Shown here one piece after another: positions 1-8,559 of a stretch of DNA of 53,806 bases (position 1 is the first letter of the stretch; the number at the start of each line of letters is the position of its first letter). Position numbers and translations under genes: made by a program. The stretch comes from a virus. Taxonomy: Duplodnaviria; Caudoviricetes. The stretch is from IMG/VR virus record IMGVR_UViG_3300030098_005088, positions 1 through 53,806 of that record; one strand, 5' to 3'. The notes under the pieces are model-generated. The model made no database searches. It was given only the letters and a program-made list of their open reading frames with translations, and was not told the DNA's origin.

Positions 1-95
1 TAACATGTAAAGCTCTATCATTGTTTGGTTGTGTTTCAATAAGTTGTCCATTATCTGTTAATATATTAACATGTATAGCACATACTTCATCATTA
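1..95. repeat. Terminal direct repeat / assembly overlap, left copy
   Basis: Identical to 53712-53806 except position 19 C versus 53730 T; an ORF reads in frame across the joined ends. Confidence 0.95.
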
Positions 96-271
96 TCAAT
101 GTACAGACCTTTAAATAGTACTTTAACTCTATCTCCTGGTTTTACACCATCAGGTAATAACTCTTCATCTTTACTACCTGGTTCAAATTTATATGTTACG
201 TGTCCCTTATAGGGAAGTAAGAATACTCCCCCATAAATATTAGCTTCACGTAATCTAATTTTTCTTGCCAT
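1..271 (-). CDS. 2H phosphoesterase-like protein, N-terminal part (154 aa when joined to 53711->53518)
   Basis: ATG at 271 preceded by AGGAGG; manual translation MARKIRLREANIYGGVFLLPYKGHVTYKFEP...DRALHV|TITSGDFP... gives two HVT motifs; missing from the ORF track because it spans the junction. Confidence 0.7.
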   Translation of the reverse strand, partial: MARKIRLREANIYGGVFLLPYKGHVTYKFEPGSKDEELLPDGVKPGDRVKVLFKGLYIDNDEVCAIHVNILTDNGQLIETQPNNDRALHV

Positions 272-446
272 TATATCCTCCTATTAAGATTTTAAGACCT
301 TGAAGAACTGTTATTATATAATCAATACATGCTACTAACCCTTTGTTAGTTGTATCAATTCCTTCAAATAACTTGTCAGCTTCATCGAATTTTTTATCTA
401 AATAACTTTCTATAATGTGCTGAGGTATTCTACCGTTTTTTGACAT
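255..446 (-). CDS. Hypothetical protein (63 aa)
   Basis: AGGAG SD; sits in a tightly packed - strand gene run. Confidence 0.7.
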   Translation of the reverse strand: MSKNGRIPQHIIESYLDKKFDEADKLFEGIDTTNKGLVACIDYIITVLQGLKILIGGYNGKKN

Positions 447-585
447 TAGCCCTCTCCTTTCTGCGTTGTGCTTTTTGTTTACCTATTTCTTTTCTTATAA
501 ACTCTTTTAAAGCACCTTTGCCTTTAATTTCAGGATATTTTTCTTTCCAAGGTTTAATATCAATATATGTGTTATTTATTCTCAT
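430..585 (-). CDS. Small basic hypothetical protein (51 aa, MRINNTYIDIKPWKEKYPEIKG...)
   Basis: Manual translation; AGGAGG SD; fills the gap between neighbours. Confidence 0.6.
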   Translation of the reverse strand: MRINNTYIDIKPWKEKYPEIKGKGALKEFIRKEIGKQKAQRRKERANVKKR

Positions 586-1015
586 CTATATCCTCCTTTA
601 AGCTTTCAAATATAGCTTTTACACCACTCTCAAACTCTTTGGGATCATTTTTACTAATAACACCTGCTACATTAATACCAGCTTTTCTAAATCTGTCAAT
701 TGTATTATTTACCTGATCTTCTACGGTAACATATACAGGAATATTTGCATTCTTAACAGCTTGAGATAGCTCTAAATGTAGTTCATCACATACAGTACAT
801 CTGCATCTAGTAGAATGTATATTTTCTAGTTCGAATCTATGTTCTGCAGGCACTCCTACCCTTTTAAATAGCTTTACTTTATCAATACTAGGGTGAAGTA
901 CTACGTGTTCATTATTCTTCTTTATAGTGGTATAATTACCATCAACTGATATTATAGGATACCAGTTCTTTTTTGAAAACAAATTACTTATACACTTGCT
1001 TACTTTATTAGACAT
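572..1015 (-). CDS. Hypothetical protein with H/CxCxxC putative metal-binding motif
   Basis: GGAGG SD; HSTRCRCTVC. Confidence 0.7.
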   Translation of the reverse strand: MSNKVSKCISNLFSKKNWYPIISVDGNYTTIKKNNEHVVLHPSIDKVKLFKRVGVPAEHRFELENIHSTRCRCTVCDELHLELSQAVKNANIPVYVTVEDQVNNTIDRFRKAGINVAGVISKNDPKEFESGVKAIFESLKEDIDENK

Positions 1016-1059
1016 GTTGTGTCCTCCATTATATTATTAATTTCATTGAACAAAAATTT

Positions 1060-1895
1060 ATGTATACCTGAGACTAGGATATACTCGCTGCTACTTTACT
1101 GATATCTTAAGCTTTAATGCTCATTTTACAGATGTCCTCCACCATTTGCATGATAGAACAACAGCATACACAGTAGTTTATAGAGATACCGCTCTTTCTT
1201 AGATACAAACTATTCCAAGGTTAATCACAGTTATATAGGTTGTACGGCCCATAAAATTGCTTTCATCCCTGAACTATCAAAAGACTCGCGGTCTTTATCA
1301 AGCCTCTCATTATTGCAAGAGGGTTAGTGTATTTTGCTTTGTATCGCAGACCGATTTCTGCAATGTATGGATGTGGCCCCATACGGCCTATCTTCGTTAT
1401 CATTTTATGTATTAGATTTCTCTAACGGTTATTGTTAATAACTGGTTATTTTGATAAAGGCACGGTCAATAGCTCCATAGCTCTTTCGAGTCACAGAATA
1501 CTAATCCCTCATCTATGTCCTGTAGTCACAACACTACACTTCACTCTCAATAAGTATCCATTGGTCTCAGTCTCCTGTTAACCATCACTTATCTTCATGT
1601 TAAGAGTCCCTGGCCTCCTTTGTGTAGTTGGCCTGTTATCTCCTATTAAGGGATCTACCGATTTCACCTATTGGATGTCTCCATCCTCAACGTAGCTACC
1701 ACACTACATATACCTATCTTCATTGACCTCAGGCGCTAACCCACTGGACAGATCATAAGCATGTTGACGGCTTGCTTCTCTGGACTCATTACTGAGCGCA
1801 ATACTAGGACCGTTATAACCCTGCATTACTTTTAATGTATTACTACATCTATCCTTGTGTTTAATATGCGATGTGAAGCCACCACATAATTCTTA
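1060..1895 (-). ncRNA. Candidate large structured ncRNA (GOLLD/ROOL-like, ~800-850 nt; ends approximate)
   Basis: About 0.9 kb with no ORF of 60 aa or more, visibly GC-richer than flanks; - strand GNRA-capped hairpins at 1785-1796, 1673-1686, 1481-1490, 1412-1425 plus several other stems. Confidence 0.6.
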
Positions 1896-2046
1896 CTAAA
1901 AGGTTGGTGTTTTTTTGGAGAAAACATTTATCCCAAAAACTCTGATATATATCATGGAGGTTGCATAAGGATGCTCCTTTCAAGTTAGTTAATAGTTATT
2001 ATTATTTATCATCTAACTGTCTATCAACTATATATATCAAACGTAT

Positions 2047-2075
2047 GGGGTACATTACTATTAATAACATACCCC
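2047..2075 (-). other. Stem-loop GGGGUAUGUUA/UAAUGUACCCC
   Basis: 11-bp stem whose two G-U pairs form only on the - strand; downstream of the 2118-2369 gene. Confidence 0.5.
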
Positions 2076-2117
2076 TCTATGAATCAGTAAGCAGCGTCAT
2101 AGAAAATATATGTGAGC

Positions 2118-2369
2118 TTAACCTACAGCTCGTGGATACCATATTGCTAGTATCAAAAGATAATACATGACTGCTGCTATACCTGTAGTAATTAATATGT
2201 GATATAGTACTCTATCCCATTTAATACCATTAAGTACACGCCAAGCACCTGTCTTATATCTACTACTTAATACTAAGCAGAATAAGCCAAATGTTCCTAA
2301 TATACTAATACTATTAACCCACTGGAATAACATCACAATTACCATCATTATTAAAGATATTCTTACCAT
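2118..2369 (-). CDS. Small membrane protein
   Basis: AGGAG SD; 2-3 hydrophobic segments. Confidence 0.65.
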   Translation of the reverse strand: MVRISLIMMVIVMLFQWVNSISILGTFGLFCLVLSSRYKTGAWRVLNGIKWDRVLYHILITTGIAAVMYYLLILAIWYPRAVG

Positions 2370-2485
2370 TCAGTTCTCCTTATGAGTTTGGTATAAGTTT
2401 ATATCTATATCTTAGCCACTTTCGGCTGATTAAGCTTGAAGTAACTATTAAAAGAGTACTATACAAGCTACTCTTTATATTCGAC

Positions 2486-2893
2486 CTAAGGTGTACCTCC
2501 TTTGTTCTCCAAAGCAGTTAATCTTTGCTCGAGTTTACTTACAAAGTTATGGGTTTTACTCATACCCGTTTTAATATCACTATACTGCCTATCCATTACC
2601 TTAGCTAATTTAGCTATTGGATCACCATTAGGTGGATTACCACCACCATTACCACCACCATCTAGATTTCTAATCTTAGTTAGATTATCTATCTTTTCTT
2701 CTAGACTAGCGATAGCTCCAGTCTTACCTAATGCAGATAGTATAGTTGTGAAGTCAGACATTTCTCCACCTGCAGCTGCTGCTACTGCCACACTACCTAA
2801 TGATTCTAAGTTATGCTTACTAAGCTTAACATCAGACTCACCCATCCTTCTTAGTGCTTGCTGAGCACTATTATTTTCACGCCAACCTGCCAT
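2486..2893 (-). CDS. Hypothetical protein, first gene of the leftward (early) arm
   Basis: AAGGAG SD; 135 aa, helical/coiled-coil with a Gly-rich linker. Confidence 0.75.
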   Translation of the reverse strand: MAGWRENNSAQQALRRMGESDVKLSKHNLESLGSVAVAAAAGGEMSDFTTILSALGKTGAIASLEEKIDNLTKIRNLDGGGNGGGNPPNGDPIAKLAKVMDRQYSDIKTGMSKTHNFVSKLEQRLTALENKGGTP

Positions 2894-2988
2894 AATTGGA
2901 CTCCTTATATTAATATATTCTAGGTTAATTATTTAACGAGACTAACCATAAACCTCAAAAGGAAAAACTCAAATCATTTATAACGTAA

Positions 2989-3019
2989 TTCCGATAAGGA
3001 AAATCCCCCAGTAAGGGGG
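2989..3019. promoter_or_regulatory. Tandem hairpins at the strand switch (candidate pac site, genome end or early promoter)
   Basis: TTCC-GATAA-GGAA then CCCCC-AGTAA-GGGGG in the divergent intergenic region upstream of terS; function inferred. Confidence 0.35.
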
Positions 3020-3069
3020 TACACAGATATAAAAGACCGCATATCAAAATGCTACAATTTTTAAAACCT

Positions 3070-3098
3070 TTGGTATTTCTAGTAAGTTTTATTATATT
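3070..3098 (+). promoter_or_regulatory. Sigma70-like promoter
   Basis: TTGGTA-N17-TATATT upstream of the 3123 ORF. Confidence 0.55.
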
Positions 3099-3122
3099 TA
3101 AGTTAAAAATCAAGGGAGAAAG

Positions 3123-3377
3123 ATGAAGCAAAAAAGAAAGAAGCTTACTTATAAACAAATGGTAGCTATTATGCAAGATCAGAGGATGAGGATAGAGCAA
3201 ATGTACTCAATTATAGACTCTGTGAACTCAGTAATAAATACTTATATAGATTACAAGAAAGATGGTGATAAATTCATGGAGTATTTAAAAAAGAGAAAAG
3301 AAGCTCTTGATAAATCTAGGAATGAGACACCTGATAAAAAAACTGTACTAAAAAAAGAGTCTACCGAGGAGAAATAA
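3123..3377 (+). CDS. Hypothetical protein
   Basis: GGGAG SD; first gene of the rightward arm. Confidence 0.75.
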   Translation: MKQKRKKLTYKQMVAIMQDQRMRIEQMYSIIDSVNSVINTYIDYKKDGDKFMEYLKKRKEALDKSRNETPDKKTVLKKESTEEK

Positions 3378-3381
3378 ATCC

Positions 3382-3410
3382 TTGTTTCACAATTTTATTA
3401 GTAGTAATAT
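3382..3410 (+). promoter_or_regulatory. Sigma70-like promoter
   Basis: TTGTTT-N17-TAATAT. Confidence 0.45.
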
Positions 3411-3412
3411 AG

Positions 3413-3610
3413 ATGGATAACTATCGCATGAAAAAGAAAATATATAACTTGAGGATAGTAGTTGATAGAAATGGAGAGGTTGAGGAAATATATGAGACCT
3501 TAGACTATGATAGAACTGCTTTGCTCATAAGAGGAGTAGATATGAGTGAGTTTTTAGATGATGAAGCAAATGAGCTCATTCAGGGATGCAATGAGGTAGG
3601 ATTATCATAA
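3413..3610 (+). CDS. Hypothetical protein
   Basis: ORF track; start may be the downstream ATG (MKKKIYNL). Confidence 0.65.
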   Translation: MDNYRMKKKIYNLRIVVDRNGEVEEIYETLDYDRTALLIRGVDMSEFLDDEANELIQGCNEVGLS

Positions 3611-3675
3611 ATCAACAAGTTGATTTGTCTTGCCCTTACGGGCGCATTTAACAATAATAGTAAAAAGGGAGAATT

Positions 3676-3849
3676 ATGGACGCTTGGAAGAATTCAAGAG
3701 ATATCACTATGGTTAAGGATCAGGTTGCACAGGTAAAAGCATACCTACAGACCTTAGAACGTAGGATTTTAGACCTAAATAGTAGGTTACAACCTTTAGA
3801 GAAAAAGGAGTCTGTTAAGCAGAAAAAAAGCTCTAAAGATAAAAAATAA
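3676..3849 (+). CDS. Small coiled-coil protein (57 aa, MDAWKNSRDITMVKD...)
   Basis: Manual translation; GGGAG SD; TAATG overlap with the next gene. Confidence 0.65.
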   Translation: MDAWKNSRDITMVKDQVAQVKAYLQTLERRILDLNSRLQPLEKKESVKQKKSSKDKK

Positions 3850-4580
3850 TGAAATACTTTAAAGTTAATGGTATAGAGCATAAAGTCTTTGAAAAAGACG
3901 ACCCTATACCTGGCTACATTGGCAATATTGTGGACTGGAGGGATGGTCACGTAGGTGACTGGGTTAAAGCCGATGACGGTTGCGTGATACAGGTGTTAAG
4001 ACGTGGAGTTATGCACGCTCGGAAAGGTAAAAAAGCGAAGAAAGAGTACATTGGGACTTGCACAGGGACTTTCCCCGTAAGTAAAAATGTAAAGATGGAC
4101 ACTAATCGTAGGTTAAATATATATTCGTTTAGTGGAAGTAAGAAATCCCATGATATTCTTATAAATAGAACAGACCTAAACAAGAGGGAAGAACTCTTCG
4201 TCTTAAACCTCGCGCAAGGAATGCCATTAGATAAGGCTTATACTAGAGCATTTCCTACTAATAATAAAAGGTATGCATTAGAAAAAGCACAAGATTTAGT
4301 AAAAACAGAGAGAGTAAAAACAGCTATGAAAGAAGAATTAAAACCAGTATTAAAAGCATTAGGCATTAATGAGACAAGTGTCATAAAAAACATTAATACT
4401 ATTGCAATGTCTGCTGAAAAGGATGAAACAAAGCTAAAAGCTTTATTTAAACTTGCAGATATTATGGATTTAGAAGATAAGAATAAAACTACAGTTACTC
4501 AGGTGACTGGTATGCAATTTAAAGGTTTTTTAGATGAAGATGTTGAAAAAGCAGAAAGACCTAAGGAACTAGAGGAATAA
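3849..4580 (+). CDS. terS: Probable terminase small subunit with N-terminal extension
   Basis: HTH-like segment REELFVLNLAQGMPLDKAYTRAF...AQDLVKTERVK, C-terminal KLKALFKLADIM; position upstream of terL. Confidence 0.65.
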   Translation: MKYFKVNGIEHKVFEKDDPIPGYIGNIVDWRDGHVGDWVKADDGCVIQVLRRGVMHARKGKKAKKEYIGTCTGTFPVSKNVKMDTNRRLNIYSFSGSKKSHDILINRTDLNKREELFVLNLAQGMPLDKAYTRAFPTNNKRYALEKAQDLVKTERVKTAMKEELKPVLKALGINETSVIKNINTIAMSAEKDETKLKALFKLADIMDLEDKNKTTVTQVTGMQFKGFLDEDVEKAERPKELEE

Positions 4581-4918
4581 TGAAAAAATTACCTGAAGAA
4601 TTAGCAGAATTGTTATTTGGAGAAGATGGAAAATATGTAATAGGCAATCCGTCAGATGTCCCAGCTAATGAAGATTATTTCAATTCAAGGAATGAAGACT
4701 CACCTCATCATATGAGTATAAATCATCCAGCATGGGAAAGAGTTAGAGATAAATTTTTCGAAATAGCAAATCCTAGGGGTGTGGCTGAAGAAGAAGAAGC
4801 GCCACCTCCCCCAGACGTAGAAGGCTGCCATTGCAATTGTTACGCTGAATGGCCTATGTGGATGGTAGGTTATGGTTGTCAGAACTATTACGGAGATATA
4901 CTTTCCTGCTGTGGATAA
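4580..4918 (+). CDS. Hypothetical protein with Cys-rich C-terminus
   Basis: TAATG coupling; poly-Pro linker then CHCNC...C...CC. Confidence 0.65.
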   Translation: MKKLPEELAELLFGEDGKYVIGNPSDVPANEDYFNSRNEDSPHHMSINHPAWERVRDKFFEIANPRGVAEEEEAPPPPDVEGCHCNCYAEWPMWMVGYGCQNYYGDILSCCG

Positions 4919-4938
4919 TAATTAAAAGGGGAATATAG

Positions 4939-5268
4939 TTGGAAGAAGATTTTACAAATGTCGTCTCTGAGGAAGACGAGGTAAGGTCAATACAAGAAAA
5001 GCAGAGTAATGCTTTAAAGCAGCAAATGAGCGCTAACTTGTATTTGATGCACAAAGCTGGTGTAGACATATCGGATTATGTAGACGGATTAGCCAAGGAA
5101 GCTAGCAGAAGAATGTCTATATGTAAAGAATGTCCTAGCTTAATGAGGTTTAATAGATGTTCAGAGTGTGGTTGTTTTATGAATATAAAAACAAAACTGC
5201 CTATGGTAGAATGTCCTTTAGATAAATGGGGTAAATATAATAGAAAAACAAAAATGTTGAAGAAATAG
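4939..5268 (+). CDS. Zn-finger protein (DUF6171-like)
   Basis: RRMSICKECP...RCSECGCFMNIKTKLPMVECPLDKW. Confidence 0.7.
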   Translation: MEEDFTNVVSEEDEVRSIQEKQSNALKQQMSANLYLMHKAGVDISDYVDGLAKEASRRMSICKECPSLMRFNRCSECGCFMNIKTKLPMVECPLDKWGKYNRKTKMLKK

Positions 5269-6821
5269 TGGCAAATATAAATCTTCATAATGTATCTAAA
5301 GAAGAAGAAGCTTTACTTATGGCTAAAAAAGATTTAATATCTTTTGGTAAATTATTTCTTCCTGATGATTTCATGAGAAGTGAAACGCCTTTTTTTCATT
5401 ATGAAGTAGCCGATGCTCTTATAAATAAAGTTCATAGACAATTGGCAGTCATCTTGCCGAGAGGACATGGTAAAACGGTTCTTACCAAATGTAACATTCT
5501 ACACGATTTCTTGTTCTCTAAAGATCCCCTGTTTTACGGTTGGGTGGCTGCCTCCTCAAAGATTTCTGTTCCAAATTTAGATTATATAAAATATCATTTG
5601 GAATATAATGAAAAAGTTTTGTATTATTTCGGTAATTTAAAAGGGAGAAAGTGGACTGAAGACGATATTGAACTTAGTAATGGATGCAAACTTATATCCA
5701 AATCGAACCTTTCAGGTATTCGTGGCGGGGCTAAGCTCCATAAAAGGTATGATCTCATCGTATTGGACGATTTTGAGGACGAAAATAATACCATTACGCC
5801 TGAGTCTAGAGCTAAAATCAGTAATCTTGTTACAGCTGTTGTGTTTCCCGCTCTTGAGCCTCTTGATGGTCGTCTTAGGATCAATGGTACGCCTGTGCAT
5901 TTCGATGCTTTTATTACCAATATTCTTGATGGGTATGAGAAAGCAAAGCACGACGAAAAAGACTATAGCTGGAAAGTAATTACATATAAAGCTTTACAAG
6001 CAGATGGTACTCCTTTATGGCCTTCATGGTTTGGTCATAAGGAAATGGAGAGAAAGAAAAAGTTTTATGCTGATTCAGGTCAGCCGCAGAAGTTCTATCA
6101 AGAGTATATGATGGAAGTTCAAAATGAAGCTGATTCTATTTTTAATAGAAATCACATACAATACTGGGATGGTAAATTCTTGAAAGATGAAGAGTCTGGT
6201 GTTTGCTATATAATAGATGAAGAAGGAAACGAAAAAGCTGTTAGTGTCTTTGCGGGAGTGGATCCTGCTACGGACAGTGCTAGAAGGGATAGCGATTATA
6301 GTGTCATCCTTTTTATCGCTGTTGATGATAATAACAATTGTTATGTTCTCGATTATATACGCCATAGGTCATTACCTGTATTGGGCATACATGGTACGAA
6401 TCAAAAAGGTATTGTTGATTATATATTTCAATATAATAAAATATACAAGCCTAATTTATTTGTCATTGAAGACACTACTATGTCGAAGCCAGTATTTCAG
6501 GCGATAATATCTGAAATGAGAAGAAGAAATGATTTTTCTATTAAACATAAAGCTGAAAAACCTGGCAATAGAATGAGTAAGAGAGATAGAATTCAAGAAG
6601 TTTTAGCACAGAGATTTGCTATAGGAGGAGTTCATTTAAAGAAATCTCAATATGATTTACAAAGAGAGATTATAACATTTGGACCTCGTATGGCTCATGA
6701 TGATACAATAGATGCATTAGCATATGCATGCAAGTATGCTCATCCTCCTCAAGGAGTAAAAAAGAAAAAAGAAGGATGGCATAAACATAAACCTAAAGCT
6801 AGGAGTTGGATAGTTGGATGA
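5268..6821 (+). CDS. terL: Terminase large subunit
   Basis: Walker A PRGHGKT, Walker B LIVLDDFE, INGTP coupling motif, FYQEYM, nuclease motifs GVDPA and HDDTIDAL. Confidence 0.95.
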   Translation: MANINLHNVSKEEEALLMAKKDLISFGKLFLPDDFMRSETPFFHYEVADALINKVHRQLAVILPRGHGKTVLTKCNILHDFLFSKDPLFYGWVAASSKISVPNLDYIKYHLEYNEKVLYYFGNLKGRKWTEDDIELSNGCKLISKSNLSGIRGGAKLHKRYDLIVLDDFEDENNTITPESRAKISNLVTAVVFPALEPLDGRLRINGTPVHFDAFITNILDGYEKAKHDEKDYSWKVITYKALQADGTPLWPSWFGHKEMERKKKFYADSGQPQKFYQEYMMEVQNEADSIFNRNHIQYWDGKFLKDEESGVCYIIDEEGNEKAVSVFAGVDPATDSARRDSDYSVILFIAVDDNNNCYVLDYIRHRSLPVLGIHGTNQKGIVDYIFQYNKIYKPNLFVIEDTTMSKPVFQAIISEMRRRNDFSIKHKAEKPGNRMSKRDRIQEVLAQRFAIGGVHLKKSQYDLQREIITFGPRMAHDDTIDALAYACKYAHPPQGVKKKKEGWHKHKPKARSWIVG

Positions 6822-7770
6822 AGAAAAGAATTATATAAGCCCCGAAGAAAGGACTTATTTTGATGGCGCCGTAGCAGATTTTATAGGAAGGCAAATAGGT
6901 GCTATGAGCATGTGGGACGAAAGTTCTGAGGATAGCTCATATGGGACTGTTGGTAGAGCTATAAAAAGACAGCTAGCTCTTGGCGTAGATAAAGCTGATT
7001 TAGATAAAGTAAATAGAATGGATGTTAATATTATTCTTTTTGGAGAAGAACAATTAGTTAGAGAATTATTTGGAATGGCATCATTTGATGATGAAAGAAA
7101 TCCTAATAGAGACCAGGCTGTTTTTTCTAAAAATAATTTAACAGGCAATATGGTTTTATCAGGCAGTAAACTGGGACAATCTTATCAAAAAGAATTAAAT
7201 CAAAGATTCACAGCTCAACTTTTAGCTGAATATTTCAATGAGGCACCCGATGAACCAAATTGGGGGGATCCAATAAAAGAATATCACATGCCAGGAGAAG
7301 ATTCTGATTATTGGAATGAAGTTATTCAATCTCAAGTTCATTTTGATGGGATAGAAGCTAGATCTAGATATGCTATACATCCAGATACTGGAGAGAAGTC
7401 TTTTATATTTAGAGATCCTTTATTAGAGGTTATTCATGTAGATAAAGATGGGAACTTTTTTGATTATTGGAACGTAGGTTTAGATAAAGAAGAAAATGTC
7501 TTGTTTTTTCCAGATGAGATTAATAAATTAGGGCTAAAGGGTAACGTAAGATTAAGCAATGTTAAGAGAGCTATGGCTGCTCCCTTCACAAAACCACCTA
7601 GGATTTATGGTAATTTATCCATAGATGCAGATATGGTTAATAGGAAATACAATACTTTATCTCAAAGCCAAATGTATATTTTAGAGCAAAGATTTGGATA
7701 TGTTCCAGATGCTTCTCAAATAGCAGAAGAAATATTAAGCTATCATAAACATAGATTAGAAGGAGAATAA
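6814..7770 (+). CDS. Hypothetical protein (318 aa)
   Basis: Long ORF overlapping the terL stop; no recognisable motif. Confidence 0.75.
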   Translation: MDEEKNYISPEERTYFDGAVADFIGRQIGAMSMWDESSEDSSYGTVGRAIKRQLALGVDKADLDKVNRMDVNIILFGEEQLVRELFGMASFDDERNPNRDQAVFSKNNLTGNMVLSGSKLGQSYQKELNQRFTAQLLAEYFNEAPDEPNWGDPIKEYHMPGEDSDYWNEVIQSQVHFDGIEARSRYAIHPDTGEKSFIFRDPLLEVIHVDKDGNFFDYWNVGLDKEENVLFFPDEINKLGLKGNVRLSNVKRAMAAPFTKPPRIYGNLSIDADMVNRKYNTLSQSQMYILEQRFGYVPDASQIAEEILSYHKHRLEGE

Positions 7771-7771
7771 A

Positions 7772-8455
7772 ATGCCTCACGGTGGTGGACATGGAAATAT
7801 GAATTTTGGAGGAGACTTACCTGGAGGAGGTTCATCTGGATTTAACCCAGGGGGATCTTCTGGAGGAAGTAGTTCATTTAGTCAAGATATTAATATGGGC
7901 CAAAATTATGGTCAAAATAATATGACTTCATCTAATTTCTCTACTTCAAGTTCTGGTTTTTCTAGTGGTATGGCAGCTGGTTTTGCACTTGCAGACTTTA
8001 TGTCTTTTGGTAAAGACAAAGATAAGGATGATAAAGACGAAAAAGGCTGGAAAGAAAAAGCTAGAGATAAAGGAAAAGAATGGTGGGCTGGAATAAAAGA
8101 AAAGTATACAGAAATTATAGATTCTATTGGTCCTGTGGGAGGTGGAGAGCCTACAATTCAAGGGCCATCTACTACAACTATAGGAGGATGGAATTCTGGA
8201 ATGCATGATCCCCTGTCTCATTTTGTTGACAATAGTGGATTTTATGGACAAGAGTTATTAGATCCCTTTTCAGTAAAGTATCAAGATGGAGATAAAACTC
8301 AAGAAGGCTCCAGGAGCAATAAAAAACTTCCACCTCAAGAAGATTTTAATTTAGAATTATGTTATAGCTCAGAGGGAGACCCTATCCCGTGTGGTACATA
8401 TGGAGGAGAATGCACTCAAGGTCAAATAGAACTAGAAGACGGGACTTGCGTATAA
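7772..8455 (+). CDS. Gly/Ser-rich hypothetical protein with Cys-containing C-terminus
   Basis: AGGAG SD; low-complexity N-terminus; four Cys in the last ~32 aa. Confidence 0.7.
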   Translation: MPHGGGHGNMNFGGDLPGGGSSGFNPGGSSGGSSSFSQDINMGQNYGQNNMTSSNFSTSSSGFSSGMAAGFALADFMSFGKDKDKDDKDEKGWKEKARDKGKEWWAGIKEKYTEIIDSIGPVGGGEPTIQGPSTTTIGGWNSGMHDPLSHFVDNSGFYGQELLDPFSVKYQDGDKTQEGSRSNKKLPPQEDFNLELCYSSEGDPIPCGTYGGECTQGQIELEDGTCV

Positions 8456-8559
8456 TGGATTGCTTTACATTAAAAGATTTAGGCGGAGAAGAGGTTTGGA
8501 GAAAAGAGCCTATCGATGAGACATCAGAAGAAAATACTGGTAGAAAATATAATGGCTAA
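8455..8559 (+). CDS. Small hypothetical protein (34 aa, MDCFTLKDLGG...)
   Basis: Manual translation; overlaps both neighbours. Confidence 0.4.
   Translation: MDCFTLKDLGGEEVWRKEPIDETSEENTGRKYNG

Noticed and set aside
1060-1895. Group I/II intron, RNase P RNA or tmRNA as identity of the large non-coding region
   Set aside because: No interrupted host gene, no group II domain V, no GAGGAAAGUCC, no tRNA-like ends recognised
1961-2170. 69-aa + strand ORF, likewise 21-212 (+) and 2955-3200 (-)
   Set aside because: Against the local gene direction, overlapping real genes or regulatory DNA, with no convincing SD
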